The position numbers and the translations under genes were made by a program. A stretch of 64,000 bases of DNA from the human T2T-CHM13v2.0 reference genome, Homo sapiens, in assembly GCA_009914755.4 (NCBI GenBank), contig CP086569.2, positions 50,848,001-50,912,000 of the forward strand, written 5' to 3'. Each line of letters starts with the position of its first letter. Position 1 is the stretch's first letter. Shown here one piece after another: positions 19,257 through 38,613 of the stretch. The notes under the pieces were generated by a model. That model did not search any database. It had not been told where the DNA came from and worked only from the letters and a program-made list of their open reading frames with translations.

Positions 19257-21378
19257 ATATTTTTTAAAAGAAAAAAAATTTCAAAGGTACTCTGCTTGGC
19301 ACAATAATCAAATGTATAAACTGAGGAATAAAACATAACCATGAAACCTACTTATAACTGTATACGGAAAATACAGAGGATAATTTTTTAAATAACATAT
19401 TTTGAAAGCCTTAACTAGTAATTTGAAGAGTTGGCATTTGAAAGGCCAGTATGAATATACCTTCAAAGCAGCAACACAGGTTCCCCATGAGAAAAAGCAA
19501 ACTCAGGGAAAATAAAACCACAAAGGTTCAATCTCTTCTGACCTTTGAAAGACACAGCACAGACAGTGGTCCTTAGGACGAAGAGCAGGAGACCCCTAAT
19601 TCCGTCACCATGGCGATAGGGCATAAACATTGCTGGGTGAGGGCACAATCCACATTGTGAGGTCCAACTGCTGCCAGGAAGACAGGAGTGCTTTTACATA
19701 GACCGAAAGGTCATTGAAGGCTCAGAGTTTTGTTTCAAGAACTGAATCCCAAGCCCACACGTTATTAGGCTGCGCTTCTTAAAACAAGTTATGAGATGGG
19801 AAAAAGGGCACCCACAAACATACGTATACATTATGTATATAATAATATACAGTATCATATATGTAATATATATAACCTATGTATAATATTGTTTTACATC
19901 CTGCATCTTATAATATATATATTGTATAAAATATAATAATTGATAATATATAAGTTTTATATTTATACAATATGACATATAGTATATATTATAATTTATG
20001 ACATATATAATATATGTTATATATCATATATAGAATATATTATACGGTTAATATACGTATTAAATATAAATTATACTTTATGTATATTATATATAATATA
20101 TCTGTTATATAAAATACCCATTATGCATAATATATATGTTATGTCTATGTTATATATAGTATAAAACAACATATAATAATATATAATTGTATATATAAAA
20201 TGCGACATATAATATATATTATATTTTGTGACATATGTAAAATATATTATATATTATATATAATACGTTGTATGTATAATACCTATATTAAATATATATT
20301 ATATGACTATGTTATTAATTACATGTCACATATGTTATATATTATATATTTTACACAGAATATACCGGTTACATACAATATATACTATGTTACCTATAAT
20401 GTATAATTTATTACATGTAAAATAAAGAATGCAATATATTATGTATAATTTATAATATACAATATGTGGAATGTGATATATATAACATATAATGTATGAT
20501 ATAAGATATACAGTATATGATATATAACATACAATATATGATACCTAATATATATGGTATACAATTTATATTTTATGATATGTATTCTATATGTTTTATA
20601 TTCTGTTATATATAACTATTTGAAATTATATATAACTGTATAATATTTTATGTAAATATGTAATATAATATTTATAACCATATAATATATTATATATAAC
20701 TATATATTATGTTATATATACTTTTATAACATAATTTACATAAAATATCATAATATAATATATATTATATTATTTCATATTACATAATATATATTACATA
20801 TCACCCAATATAATTAACATACATAATATTATAATATAGATTATATTATGTTACATTAAATATCATATATATCATGTATCATATATTCTATGATATATAT
20901 TATACATTATATAATATGTATGTTGTCTATTATGTGATATATATAACTATATATATAATTATATTATTATACATATAACTAGATAAACATGTAATTCGAC
21001 ATATTTTCATTTATAATATATAGAATTATATAATCATATATAATTATTTATATTCTATAAAAAATTATATCATTATATAAATTATAATATATAAAAATTA
21101 TAACATGTACTACAAATATATATATTATATATCATATATGATATAGCACCTTTGTTATATATCATAATACATACAAATGTGTATTATGTTATCTATAATT
21201 GTAAAATTTCATATATAAGATGTATAATGTGTATTATATATTATATATGTTATGTAATATATGTAGTATATATAAGATGACACAGGATAAATATTATATA
21301 CTATGACATATAAAATATATGAGGTTATATGTTACGTATAAGGCATAGCACATAACACGTAATATATATCATATATAA

Positions 21379-21676
<298 letters not shown>

Positions 21677-23798
21677 ATATTTTTTAAAAGAAAAAAAATT
21701 TCAAAGGTACTCTGCTTGGTACAATAATCAAATGTATAAACTGAGGAATAAAACATAACCATGAAACCTACTTATAACTGTATACGGAAAATACAGAGGA
21801 TAATTTTTTAAATAACATATTTTGAAAGCCTTAACTAGTAATTTGAAGAGTTGGCATTTGAAAGGCCAGTATGAATATACCTTCAAAGCAGCAACACAGG
21901 TTCCCCATGAGAAAAAGCAAACTCAGGGAAAATAAAACCACAAAGGTTCAATCTCTTCTGACCTTTGAAAGACACAGCACAGACAGTGGTCCTTAGGACG
22001 AAGAGCAGGAGACCCCTAATTCCGTCACCATGGCGATAGGGCATAAACATTGCTGGGTGAGGGCACAATCCACATTGTGAGGTCCAACTGCTGCCAGGAA
22101 GACAGGAGTGCTTTTACATAGACCGAAAGGTCATTGAAGGCTCAGAGTTTTGTTTCAAGAACTGAATCCCAAGCCCACACGTTATTAGGCTGCGCTTCTT
22201 AAAACAAGTTATGAGATGGGAAAAAGGGCACCCACAAACATACGTATACATTATGTATATAATAATATACAGTATCATATATATAATATATATAACCTAT
22301 GTATAATATTGTTTTACATCCTGCATCTTATAATATATATATTGTATAAAATATAATAATTGATAATATATAAGTTTTATATTTATACAATATGACATAT
22401 AGTATATATTATAATTTATGACATATATAATATATGTTATATATCATATATAGAATATATTATACGGTTAATATACGTATTAAATATAAATTATACTTTA
22501 TGTATATTATATATAATATATCTGTTATATAAAATACCCATTATGCATAATATATATGTTATGTCTATGTTATATATAGTATAAAACAACATATAATAAT
22601 ATATAATTGTATATATAAAATGCGACATATAATATATATTATATTTTGTGACATATGTAATATATATTATATATTATATATAATACGTTGTATGTATAAT
22701 ACCTATATTAAATATATATTATATGACTATGTTATTAATTACATGTCACATATGTTATATATTATATATTTTACATAGAATATACCGGTTACATACAATA
22801 TATACTATGTTACCTATAATGTATAATTGATTACATGTAAAATAAAGAATGCAATATATTATGTATAATTTATAATATACAATATGTGGAATGTGATATA
22901 TATAACATATAATGTATGATATAAGATATACAGTATATGATATATAACATACAATATATGATACCTAATATATATGGTATACAATTTATATTTTATGATA
23001 TGTATTCTATATGTTTTATATTCTGTTATATATAACTATTTGAAATTATATATAACTGTATAATATTTTATGTAAATATGTAATATAATATTTATAACCA
23101 TATAATATATTATATATAACTATATATTATGTTATATATACTTTTATAACATAATTTACATAAAATATCATAATATAATATATATTATATTATTTCATAT
23201 TACATAATATATATTACATATCACCCAATATAATTAACATACATAATATTATAATATAGATTATATTATGTTACATTAAATATCATATATATCATGTATC
23301 ATATATTCTATGATATATATTATACATTATATAATATGTATGTTGTCTATTATGTGATATATATAACTATATATATAATTATATTATTATACATATAACT
23401 AGATAAACATGTAATTCGACATATTTTCATTTATAATATATAGAATTATATAATCATATATAATTATTTATATTCTATAAAAAATTATATCATTATATAA
23501 ATTATAATATATAAAAATTATAACATGTACTACAAATATATATATTATATATCATATATGATATAGCACCTTTGTTATATATCATAATACATACAAATGT
23601 GTATTATGTTATCTATAATTGTAAAATTTCATATATAAGATGTATAATGTGTATTATATATTATATATGTTATGTAATATATGTAGTATATATAAGATGA
23701 CACAGGATAAATATTATATACTATGACATATAAAATATATGAGGTTATATGTTACGTATAAGGCATAGCACATAACACGTAATATATATCATATATAA

Positions 23799-24096
<298 letters not shown>

Positions 24097-26218
24097 ATAT
24101 TTTTTAAAAGAAAAAAAATTTCAAAGGTACTCTGCTTGGCACAATAATCAAATGTATAAACTGAGGAATAAAACATAACCATGAAACCTACTTATAACTG
24201 TATACGGAAAATACAGAGGATAATTTTTTAAATAACATATTTTGAAAGCCTTAACTAGTAATTTGAAGAGTTGGCATTTGAAAGGCCAGTATGAATATAC
24301 CTTCAAAGCAGCAACACAGGTTCCCCATGAGAAAAAGCAAACTCAGGGAAAATAAAACCACAAAGGTTCAATCTCTTCTGACCTTTGAAAGACACAGCAC
24401 AGACAGTGGTCCTTAGGACGAAGAGCAGGAGACCCCTAATTCCGTCACCATGGCGATAGGGCATAAACATTGCTGGGTGAGGGCACAATCCACATTGTGA
24501 GGTCCAACTGCTGCCAGGAAGACAGGAGTGCTTTTACATAGACCGAAAGGTCATTGAAGGCTCAGAGTTTTGTTTCAAGAACTGAATCCCAAGCCCACAC
24601 GTTATTAGGCTGCGCTTCTTAAAACAAGTTATGAGATGGGAAAAAGGGCACCCACAAACATACGTATACATTATGTATATAATAATATACAGTATCATAT
24701 ATGTAATATATATAACCTATGTATAATATTGTTTTACATCCTGCATCTTATAATATATATATTGTATAAAATATAATAATTGATAATATATAAGTTTTAT
24801 ATTTATACAATATGACATATAGTATATATTATAATTTATGACAAATATAATATATGTTATATATCATATATAGAATATATTATACGGTTAATATACGTAT
24901 TAAATATAAATTATACTTTATGTATATTATATATAATATATCTGTTATATAAAATACCCATTATGCATAATATATATGTTATGTCTATGTTATATATAGT
25001 ATAAAACAACATATAATAATATATAATTGTATATATAAAATGCGACATATAATATATATTATATTTTGTGACATATGTAAAATATATTATATATTATATA
25101 TAATACGTTGTATGTATAATACCTATATTAAATATATATTATATGACTATGTTATTAATTACATGTCACATATGTTATATATTATATATTTTACATAGAA
25201 TATACCGGTTACATACAATATATACTATGTTACCTATAATGTATAATTGATTACATGTAAAATAAAGAATGCAATATATTATGTATAATTTATAATATAC
25301 AATATGTGGAATGTGATATATATAACATATAATGTATGATATAAGATATACAGTATATGATATATAACATACAATATATGATACCTAATATATATGGTAT
25401 ACAATATATATTTTATGATATGTATTCTATATGTTTTATATTCTGTTATATATAACTATTTGAAATTATATATAACTGTATAATATTTTATGTAAATATG
25501 TAATATAATATTTATAACCATATAATATATTATATATAACTATATATTATGTTATATATACTTTTATAACATAATTTACATAAAATATCATAATATAATA
25601 TATATTATATTATTTCATATTACATAATATATATTACATATCACCCAATATAATTAACATACATAATATTATAATATAGATTATATTATGTTATATTAAA
25701 TATCATATATATCATGTATCATATATTCTATAATATATATTATACATTATATAATATGTATGTTGTCTATTATGTGATATATATAACTATATATATAATT
25801 ATATTATTATACATATAACTAGATAAACATGTAATTCCACATATTTTCATTTATAATATATAGAATTATATAATCATATATAATTATTTATATTCTATAA
25901 AAAATTATATCATTATATAAATTATAATATATAAAAATTATAACATGTACTACAAATATATATATTATATATCATATATGATATAGCACCTTTGTTATAT
26001 ATCATAATACATACAAATGTGTATTATGTTATCTATAATTGTAAAATTTCATATATAAGATGTATAATGTGTATTATATATTATATATGTTATGTAATAT
26101 ATGTAGTATATATAAGATGACACAGGATAAATATTATATACTATGACATATAAAATATATGAGGTTATATGTTACGTATAAGGCATAGCACATAACACGT
26201 AATATATATCATATATAA

Positions 26219-26516
<298 letters not shown>

Positions 26517-28638
26517 ATATTTTTTAAAAGAAAAAAAATTTCAAAGGTACTCTGCTTGGTACAATAATCAAATGTATAAACTGAGGAATAAAACATAACC
26601 ATGAAACCTACTTATAACTGTATACGGAAAATACAGAGGATAATTTTTTAAATAACATATTTTGAAAGCCTTAACTAGTAATTTGAAGAGTTGGCATTTG
26701 AAAGGCCAGTATGAATATACCTTCAAAGCAGCAACACAGGTTCCCCATGAGAAAAAGCAAACTCAGGGAAAATAAAACCACAAAGGTTCAATCTCTTCTG
26801 ACCTTTGAAAGACACAGCACAGACAGTGGTCCTTAGGACGAAGAGCAGGAGACCCCTAATTCCGTCACCATGGCGATAGGGCATAAACATTGCTGGGTGA
26901 GGGCACAATCCACATTGTGAGGTCCAACTGCTGCCAGGAAGACAGGAGTGCTTTTACATAGACCGAAAGGTCATTGAAGGCTCAGAGTTTTGTTTCAAGA
27001 ACTGAATCCCAAGCCCACACGTTATTAGGCTGCGCTTCTTAAAACAAGTTATGAGATGGGAAAAAGGGCACCCACAAACATACGTATACATTATGTATAT
27101 AATAATATACAGTATCATATATATAATATATATAACCTATGTATAATATTGTTTTACATCCTGCATCTTATAATATATATATTGTATAAAATATAATAAT
27201 TGATAATATATAAGTTTTATATTTATACAATATGACATATAGTATATATTATAATTTATGACATATATAATATATGTTATATATCATATATAGAATATAT
27301 TATACGGTTAATATACGTATTAAATATAAATTATACTTTATATATATTATATATAATATATCTGTTATATAAAATACCCATTATGCATAATATATATGTT
27401 ATGTCTATGTTATATATAGTATAAAACAACATATAATAATATATAATTGTATATATAAAATGCGACATATAATATATATTATATTTTGTGACATATGTAA
27501 TATATATTATATATTATATATAATACGTTGTATGTATAATACCTATATTAAATATATATTATATGACTATGTTATTAAATACATGTCACATATGTTATAT
27601 ATTATATATTTTACATAGAATATACCGGTTACATACAATATATACTATGTTACCTATAATGTATAATTTATTACATGTAAAATAAAGAATGCAATATATT
27701 ATGTATAATTTATAATATACAATATGTGGAATGTGATATATATAACACATAATATATGATATAAGATATACAGTATATGATATATAACATACAATATATG
27801 ATACCTAATATATATGGTATACAATATATATTTTATGATATGTATTCTATATGTTTTATATTCTGTTATATATAACTATTTGAAATTATATATAACTGTA
27901 TAATATTTTATGTAAATATGTAATATAATATATATAACCATATAATATATTATATATAACTATATATTATGTTATATATACTTTTATAACATAATTTACA
28001 TAAAATATCATAATATAATATATATTATATTATTTCATATTACATAATATATATTACATATCACCCAATATAATTAACATACATAATATTATAATATAGA
28101 TTATATTATGTTATATTAAATATCATATATATCATGTATCATATATTCTATAATATATATTATACATTATATAATATGTATGTTGTCTATTATGTGATAT
28201 ATATAACTATATATATAATTATATTATTATACATATAACTAGATAAACATGTAATTCGACATATTTTCATTTATAATATATAGAATTATATAATCATATA
28301 TAATTATTTATATTCTATAAAAAATTATATCATTATAAAAATTATAATATATAAAAATTATAACATGTACTACAAATATATATATTATATATCATATATG
28401 ATATAGCACCTTTGTTATATATCATAATACATACAAATGTGTATTATGTTATCTATAATTGTAAAATTTCATATATAAGATGTATAATGTGTATTATATA
28501 TTATATATGTTATGTAATATATGTAGTATATATAAGATGACACAGGATAAATATTATATACTATGACATATAAAATATATGAGGTTATATGTTACGTATA
28601 AGGCATAGCACATAACACGTAATATATATCATATATAA

Positions 28639-28936
<298 letters not shown>

Positions 28937-31058
28937 ATATTTTTTAAAAGAAAAAAAATTTCAAAGGTACTCTGCTTGGTACAATAATCAAATGTATAAA
29001 CTGAGGAATAAAACATAACCATGAAACCTACTTATAACTGTATACGGAAAATACAGAGGATAATTTTTTAAATAACATATTTTGAAAGCCTTAACTAGTA
29101 ATTTGAAGAGTTGGCATTTGAAAGGCCAGTATGAATATACCTTCAAAGCAGCAACACAGGTTCCCCATGAGAAAAAGCAAACTCAGGGAAAATAAAACCA
29201 CAAAGGTTCCATCTCTTCTGACCTTTGAAAGACACAGCACAGACAGTGGTCCTTAGGACGAAGAGCAGGAGACCCCTAATTCCGTCACCATGGCGATAGG
29301 GCATAAACATTGCTGGGTGAGGGCACAATCCACATTGTGAGGTCCAACTGCTGCCAGGAAGACAGGAGTGCTTTTACATAGACCGAAAGGTCATTGAAGG
29401 CTCAGAGTTTTGTTTCAAGAACTGAATCCCAAGCCCACACGTTATTAGGCTGCGCTTCTTAAAACAAGTTATGAGATGGGAAAAAGGGCACCCACAAACA
29501 TACGTATACATTATGTATATAATAATATACAGTATCATATATATAATATATATAACCTATGTATAATATTGTTTTACATCCTGCATCTTATAATATATAT
29601 ATTGTATAAAATATAATAATTGATAATATATAAGTTTTATATTTATACAATATGACATATAGTATATATTATAATTTATGACATATATAATATATGTTAT
29701 ATATCATATATAGAATATATTATACGGTTAATATACGTATTAAATATAAATTATACTTTATGTATATTATATATAATATATCTGTTATATAAAATACCCA
29801 TTATGCATAATATATATGTTATGTCTATGTTATATATAGTATAAAACAACATATAATAATATATAATTGTATATATAAAATGCGACATATAATATATATT
29901 ATATTTTGTGACATATGTAAAATATATTATATATTATATATAATACGTTGTATGTATAATACCTATATTAAATATATATTGTATGACTATGTTATTAATT
30001 ACATGTCACATATGTTATATATTATATATTTTACATAGAATATACCGGTTACATACAATATATACTATGTTACCTATAATGTATAATTGATTACATGTAA
30101 AATAAAGAATGCAATATATTATGTATAATTTATAATATACAATATGTGGAATGTGATATATATAACATATAATGTATGATATAAGATATACAGTATATGA
30201 TATATAACATACAATATATGATACCTAATATATATGGTATACAATATATATTTTATGATATGTATTCTATATGTTTTATATTCTGTTATATATAACTATT
30301 TGAAATTATATATAACTGTATAATATTTTATGTAAATATGTAATATAATATTTATAACCATATAATATATTATATATAACTATATATTATGTTATATATA
30401 CTTTTATAACATAATTTACATAAAATATCATAATATAATATATATTATATTATTTCATATTACATAATATATATTACATATCACCCAATATAATTAACAT
30501 ACATAATATTATAATATAGATTATATTATGTTATATTAAATATCATATATATCATGTATCATATATTCTATAATATATATTATACATTATATAATATGTA
30601 TGTTGTCTATTATGTGATATATATAACTATATATATAATTATATTATTATACATATAACTAGATAAACATGTAATTCGACATATTTTCATTTATAATATA
30701 TAGAATTATATAATCATATATAATTATTTATATTCTATAAAAAATTATATCATTATATAAATTATAATATATAAAAATTATAACATGTACTACAAATATA
30801 TATATTATATATCATATATGATATAGCACCTTTGTTATATATCATAATACATACAAATGTGTATTATGTTATCTATAATTGTAAAATTTCATATATAAGA
30901 TGTATAATGTGTATTATATATTATATATGTTATGTAATATATGTAGTATATATAAGATGACACAGGATAAATATTATGTACTATGACATATAAAATATAT
31001 GAGGTTATATGTTACGTATAAGGCATAGCACATAACACGTAATATATATCATATATAA

Positions 31059-31356
<298 letters not shown>

Positions 31357-33478
31357 ATATTTTTTAAAAGAAAAAAAATTTCAAAGGTACTCTGCTTGGT
31401 ACAATAATCAAATGTATAAACTGAGGAATAAAACATAACCATGAAACCTACTTATAACTGTATACGGAAAATACAGAGGATAATTTTTTAAATAACATAT
31501 TTTGAAAGCCTTAACTAGTAATTTGAAGAGTTGGCATTTGAAAGGCCAGTATGAATATACCTTCAAAGCAGCAACACAGGTTCCCCATGAGAAAAAGCAA
31601 ACTCAGGGAAAATAAAACCACAAAGGTTCAATCTCTTCTGACCTTTGAAAGACACAGCACAGACAGTGGTCCTTAGGACGAAGAGCAGGAGACCCCTAAT
31701 TCCGTCACCATGGCGATAGGGCATAAACATTGCTGGGTGAGGGCACAATCCACATTGTGAGGTCCAACTGCTGCCAGGAAGACAGGAGTGCTTTTACATA
31801 GACCGAAAGGTCATTGAAGGCTCAGAGTTTTGTTTCAAGAACTGAATCCCAAGCCCACACGTTATTAGGCTGCGCTTCTTAAAACAAGTTATGAGATGGG
31901 AAAAAGGGCACCCACAAACATACGTATACATTATGTATATAATAATATACAGTATCATATATATAATATATATAACCTATGTATAATATTGTTTTACATC
32001 CTGCATCTTATAATATATATATTGTATAAAATATAATAATTGATAATATATAAGTTTTATATTTATACAATATGACATATAGTATATATTATAATTTATG
32101 ACATATATAATATATGTTATATATCATATATAGAATATATTATACGGTTAATATACGTATTAAATATAAATTATACTTTATATATATTATATATAATATA
32201 TCTGTTATATAAAATACCCATTATGCATAATATATATGTTATGTCTATGTTATATATAGTATAAAACAACATATAATAATATATAATTGTATATATAAAA
32301 TGCGACATATAATATATATTATATTTTGTGACATATGTAATATATATTATATATTATATATAATACGTTGTATGTATAATACCTATATTAAATATATATT
32401 ATATGACTATGTTATTAAATACATGTCACATATGTTATATATTATATATTTTACATAGAATATACCGGTTACATACAATATATACTATGTTACCTATAAT
32501 GTATAATTTATTACATGTAAAATAAAGAATGCAATATATTATGTATAATTTATAATATACAATATGTGGAATGTGATATATATAACACATAATATATGAT
32601 ATAAGATATACAGTATATGATATATAACATACAATATATGATACCTAATATATATGGTATACAATATATATTTTATGATATGTATTCTATATGTTTTATA
32701 TTCTGTTATATATAACTATTTGAAATTATATATAACTGTATAATATTTTATGTAAATATGTAATATAATATATATAACCATATAATATATTATATATAAC
32801 TATATATTATGTTATATATACTTTTATAACATAATTTACATAAAATATCATAATATAATATATATTATATTATTTCATATTACATAATATATATTACATA
32901 TCACCCAATATAATTAACATACATAATATTATAATATAGATTATATTATGTTATATTAAATATCATATATATCATGTATCATATATTCTATAATATATAT
33001 TATACATTATATAATATGTATGTTGTCTATTATGTGATATATATAACTATATATATAATTATATTATTATACATATAACTAGATAAACATGTAATTCGAC
33101 ATATTTTCATTTATAATATATAGAATTATATAATCATATATAATTATTTATATTCTATAAAAAATTATATCATTATAAAAATTATAATATATAAAAATTA
33201 TAACATGTACTACAAATATATATATTATATATCATATATGATATAGCACCTTTGTTATATATCATAATACATACAAATGTGTATTATGTTATCTATAATT
33301 GTAAAATTTCATATATAAGATGTATAATGTGTATTATATATTATATATGTTATGTAATATATGTAGTATATATAAGATGACACAGGATAAATATTATATA
33401 CTATGACATATAAAATATATGAGGTTATATGTTACGTATAAGGCATAGCACATAACACGTAATATATATCATATATAA

Positions 33479-33776
<298 letters not shown>

Positions 33777-35898
33777 ATATTTTTTAAAAGAAAAAAAATT
33801 TCAAAGGTACTCTGCTTGGTACAATAATCAAATGTATAAACTGAGGAATAAAACATAACCATGAAACCTACTTATAACTGTATACGGAAAATACAGAGGA
33901 TAATTTTTTAAATAACATATTTTGAAAGCCTTAACTAGTAATTTGAAGAGTTGGCATTTGAAAGGCCAGTATGAATATACCTTCAAAGCAGCAACACAGG
34001 TTCCCCATGAGAAAAAGCAAACTCAGGGAAAATAAAACCACAAAGGTTCCATCTCTTCTGACCTTTGAAAGACACAGCACAGACAGTGGTCCTTAGGACG
34101 AAGAGCAGGAGACCCCTAATTCCGTCACCATGGCGATAGGGCATAAACATTGCTGGGTGAGGGCACAATCCACATTGTGAGGTCCAACTGCTGCCAGGAA
34201 GACAGGAGTGCTTTTACATAGACCGAAAGGTCATTGAAGGCTCAGAGTTTTGTTTCAAGAACTGAATCCCAAGCCCACACGTTATTAGGCTGCGCTTCTT
34301 AAAACAAGTTATGAGATGGGAAAAAGGGCACCCACAAACATACGTATACATTATGTATATAATAATATACAGTATCATATATATAATATATATAACCTAT
34401 GTATAATATTGTTTTACATCCTGCATCTTATAATATATATATTGTATAAAATATAATAATTGATAATATATAAGTTTTATATTTATACAATATGACATAT
34501 AGTATATATTATAATTTATGACATATATAATATATGTTATATATCATATATAGAATATATTATACGGTTAATATACGTATTAAATATAAATTATACTTTA
34601 TATATATTATATATAATATATCTGTTATATAAAATACCCATTATGCATAATATATATGTTATGTCTATGTTATATATAGTATAAAACAACATATAATAAT
34701 ATATAATTGTATATATAAAATGCGACATATAATATATATTATATTTTGTGACATATGTAATATATATTATATATTATATATAATACGTTGTATGTATAAT
34801 ACCTATATTAAATATATATTATATGACTATGTTATTAATTACATGTCACATATGTTATATATTATATATTTTACATAGAATATACCGGTTACATACAATA
34901 TATACTATGTTACCTATAATGTATAATTTATTACATGTAAAATAAAGAATGCAATATATTATGTATAATTTATAATATACAATATGTGGAATGTGATATA
35001 TATAACATATAATGTATGATATAAGATATACAGTATATGATATATAACATACAATATATGATACCTAATATATATGGTATACAATATATATTTTATGATA
35101 TGTATTCTATATGTTTTATATTCTGTTATATATAACTATTTGAAATTATATATAACTGTATAATATTTTATGTAAATATGTAATATAATATATATAACCA
35201 TATAATATATTATATATAACTATATATTATGTTATATATACTTTTATAACATAATTTACATAAAATATCATAATATAATATATATTATATTATTTCATAT
35301 TACATAATATATATTACATATCACCCAATATAATTAACATACATAATATTATAATATAGATTATATTATGTTATATTAAATATCATATATATCATGTATC
35401 ATATATTCTATAATATATATTATACATTATATAATATGTATGTTGTCTATTATGTAATATATATAACTATATATATAATTATATTATTATACATATAAGT
35501 AGATAAACATGTAATTCTACATATTTTCATTTATAATATATAGAATTATATAATCATATATAATTATTTATATTCTATAAAAAATTATATCATTATATAA
35601 ATTATAATATATAAAAATTATAACATGTACTACAAATATATATATTATATATCATATATGATATAGCACCTTTGTTGTATATCATAATACATATAAATGC
35701 GTATTATGTTATCTATAATTATAAAATTTCATATATAAGATGTATAATGTGTATTATATATTATATATGTTATGTAATATATGTAGTATATATAAGATGA
35801 CACAGGATAAATATTATATACTATGACATATAAAATATATGAGGTTATATGTTACATATAAAGCATAGCACATAACACGTAATATATATCATATATAA

Positions 35899-36195
35899 TT
35901 TTTTTTAGACAGAGTCTTGTCCTGTTGCACAGGGTGGAGTAAAATGACGCCATGTTTGCTCACTGCAACATCTGCATCACGGGTCCAAGCGATTGTCCTC
36001 CCTCAGCCTCCCAGGTAGCTGGGACTACACCACACTGGGTCTACACCAGCTGCCACCATACCTAGCTAATTTTTTGGGATTTTATTAATGACAGCGTTTC
36101 ACTGTATTGGCCAGGATGGTCTTGATCTCTTCACCTTGTGATCCCCTTGCCTTGGCCTCCAAATTTGCTGGGATTACAGGCCTGAGCCAAGATCC
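35899..36195 (-). mobile_element. Alu, unit 15 copy
   Basis: Same Alu, with an 8-T tail. It carries the variants 'gtaaaatgacgccatgtttg' and 'ctgcatcacggg'. Confidence 0.9.
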
Positions 36196-38324
36196 ATATT
36201 TTTTAAAAGAAAAAAAATTTCAAAGGTACTCTGCTTGGTACAATAATCAAATGTATAAACTGAGGAATAAAACATAACCATGAAACCTACTTATAACTGT
36301 ATACGGAAAATACAGAGGATAATTTTTTAAATAACATATTTTGAAAGCCTTAACTAGTAATTTGAAGAGTTGGCATTTGAAAGGCCAGTATGAATATACC
36401 TTCAAAGCAGCAACACAGGTTCCCCATGAGAAAAAGCAAACTCAGGGAAAATAAAACCACAAAGGTTCCATCTCTTCTGACCTTTGAAAGACACAGCACA
36501 GACAGTGGTCCTTAGGACGAAGAGCAGGAGACCCCTAATTCCGTCACCATGGCGATAGGGCATAAACATTGCTGGGTGAGGGCACAATCCACATTGTGAG
36601 GTCCAACTGCTGCCAGGAAGACAGGAGTGCTTTTACATAGACCGAAAGGTCATTGAAGGCTCAGAGTTTTGTTTCAAGAACTGAATCCCAAGCCCACACG
36701 TTATTAGGCTGCGCTTCTTAAAACAAGTTATGAGATGGGAAAAAGGGCACCCACAAACATACGTATACATTATGTATATAATAATATACAGTATCATATA
36801 TATAATATATATAACCTATGTATAATATTGTTTTACATCCAGCATCTTATAATATATATATTGTATAAAATATAATAATTGATAATATATAAGTTTTATA
36901 TTTATACAATATGACATATAGTATATATTATAATTTATGACATATATAATATATGTTATATATCATATATAGAATATATTATACGGTTAATATACGTATT
37001 AAATATAAATTATACGTTATATATATTATATATTATATATCTGTTATATATAATACCCATTATGCATAATATATATGTTATGTCTATGTTATATATAGTA
37101 TAAAACAACATATAATAATATATAATTGTATATATAAAATGCGACATATAATATATATTATATTTTGTGACATATGTAATATATATTATATATTATATAT
37201 AATACGTTGTATGTATAATACCTATATTAAATATATATTATATGACTATGTTATTAATTACATGTCACATATGTTATATATTATATATTTTACATAGAAT
37301 ATACCGGTTACATACAATATATACTATGTTACCTATAATGTATAATTTATTACATGTAAAATAAAGAATGCAATATATTATGTATAATTTATAATATACA
37401 ATATGTGGAATGTGATATATATAACATATAATGTATGATATAAGATATAAAGTATATGATATATAACATACAATATATGATACCTAATATATATGGTATA
37501 CAATATATATTTTATGATATGTATTCTATATGTTTTATATTCTGTTATATATAACTATTTGAAATTATATATAACTGTATAATATTTTATGTAAATATGT
37601 AATATAATATATAACTATATAATATATTATATATAACTATATATTATGTTATATATACTTTTATAACATAATTTACATAAAATATCATAATATACTATAT
37701 ATTTTATTATTTCATATTACATAATATATATTACATATCACCCAATATAAGTAACATACATAATATTATAAAATAGATTATATTATGTTATATTAAATAT
37801 CATATATATCATGTATCATATATTCTATAATATATATTATACATTATATAATATGTATGTTGTCTATTATGTGATATATATAACTATATATATAATTATA
37901 TTATTATACATATAACTAGATAAACATGTAATTCTACATATTTTCATTTATAATATATAGAATTATATAATCATATATAATTATTTATATTCTAAAAAAA
38001 TTATATCATTATATAAAATATAATATATAAAATTTATAATATGTACTACAAATATATATATTATATATCATATATGATATAGTACCTTTGTTATATATCA
38101 TATTACATATAAATGTGTATTATGATACCTAGAATTATATAATTTCATATATAAGATGTATAATATGTATTACATATTGTATATGTTATGTAATATATAT
38201 AGTATATATAAGATGACACAGGATAAATATTATATACTATGACATATAAAATATATGAGGTTATATGTTACATATAAGGCATAGCACATAACATGTAATT
38301 GATATCATATATAATTTTTTTTTT

Positions 38325-38613
38325 AGACAGAGTCTTGTCCTGTTGCACAGGGTGGAGTACAATGGCGCCATCTTTGCTCACTGCAACATCTGCCTCACGG
38401 TTCCAAGCGATTGTGCTCCCTCAGCTTCCCAGGTAGCTGGGACTACACCACACTGGGACTACCCGAGCTGCCACCATGCCTAGCTAATTTTTTGGAATTT
38501 TAGTAGTGACAGCGTTTCACTGTATTGGCAAGGATGGTCTTGATCTCTTCACCTTGTGATCCCCTTGCCTTGGCCTCCAAATTTGCTGGGATTACAGGCC
38601 TGAGCCAAGATCC
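38325..38613 (-). mobile_element. Alu, unit 16 copy (flank-type markers reappear)
   Basis: Same Alu. It carries 'ccatgcctagctaattttttggaattttagtag', 'cacggttccaagcgattgtgctccctcagcttccc' and 'ctacccgagctgcc'. Confidence 0.9.
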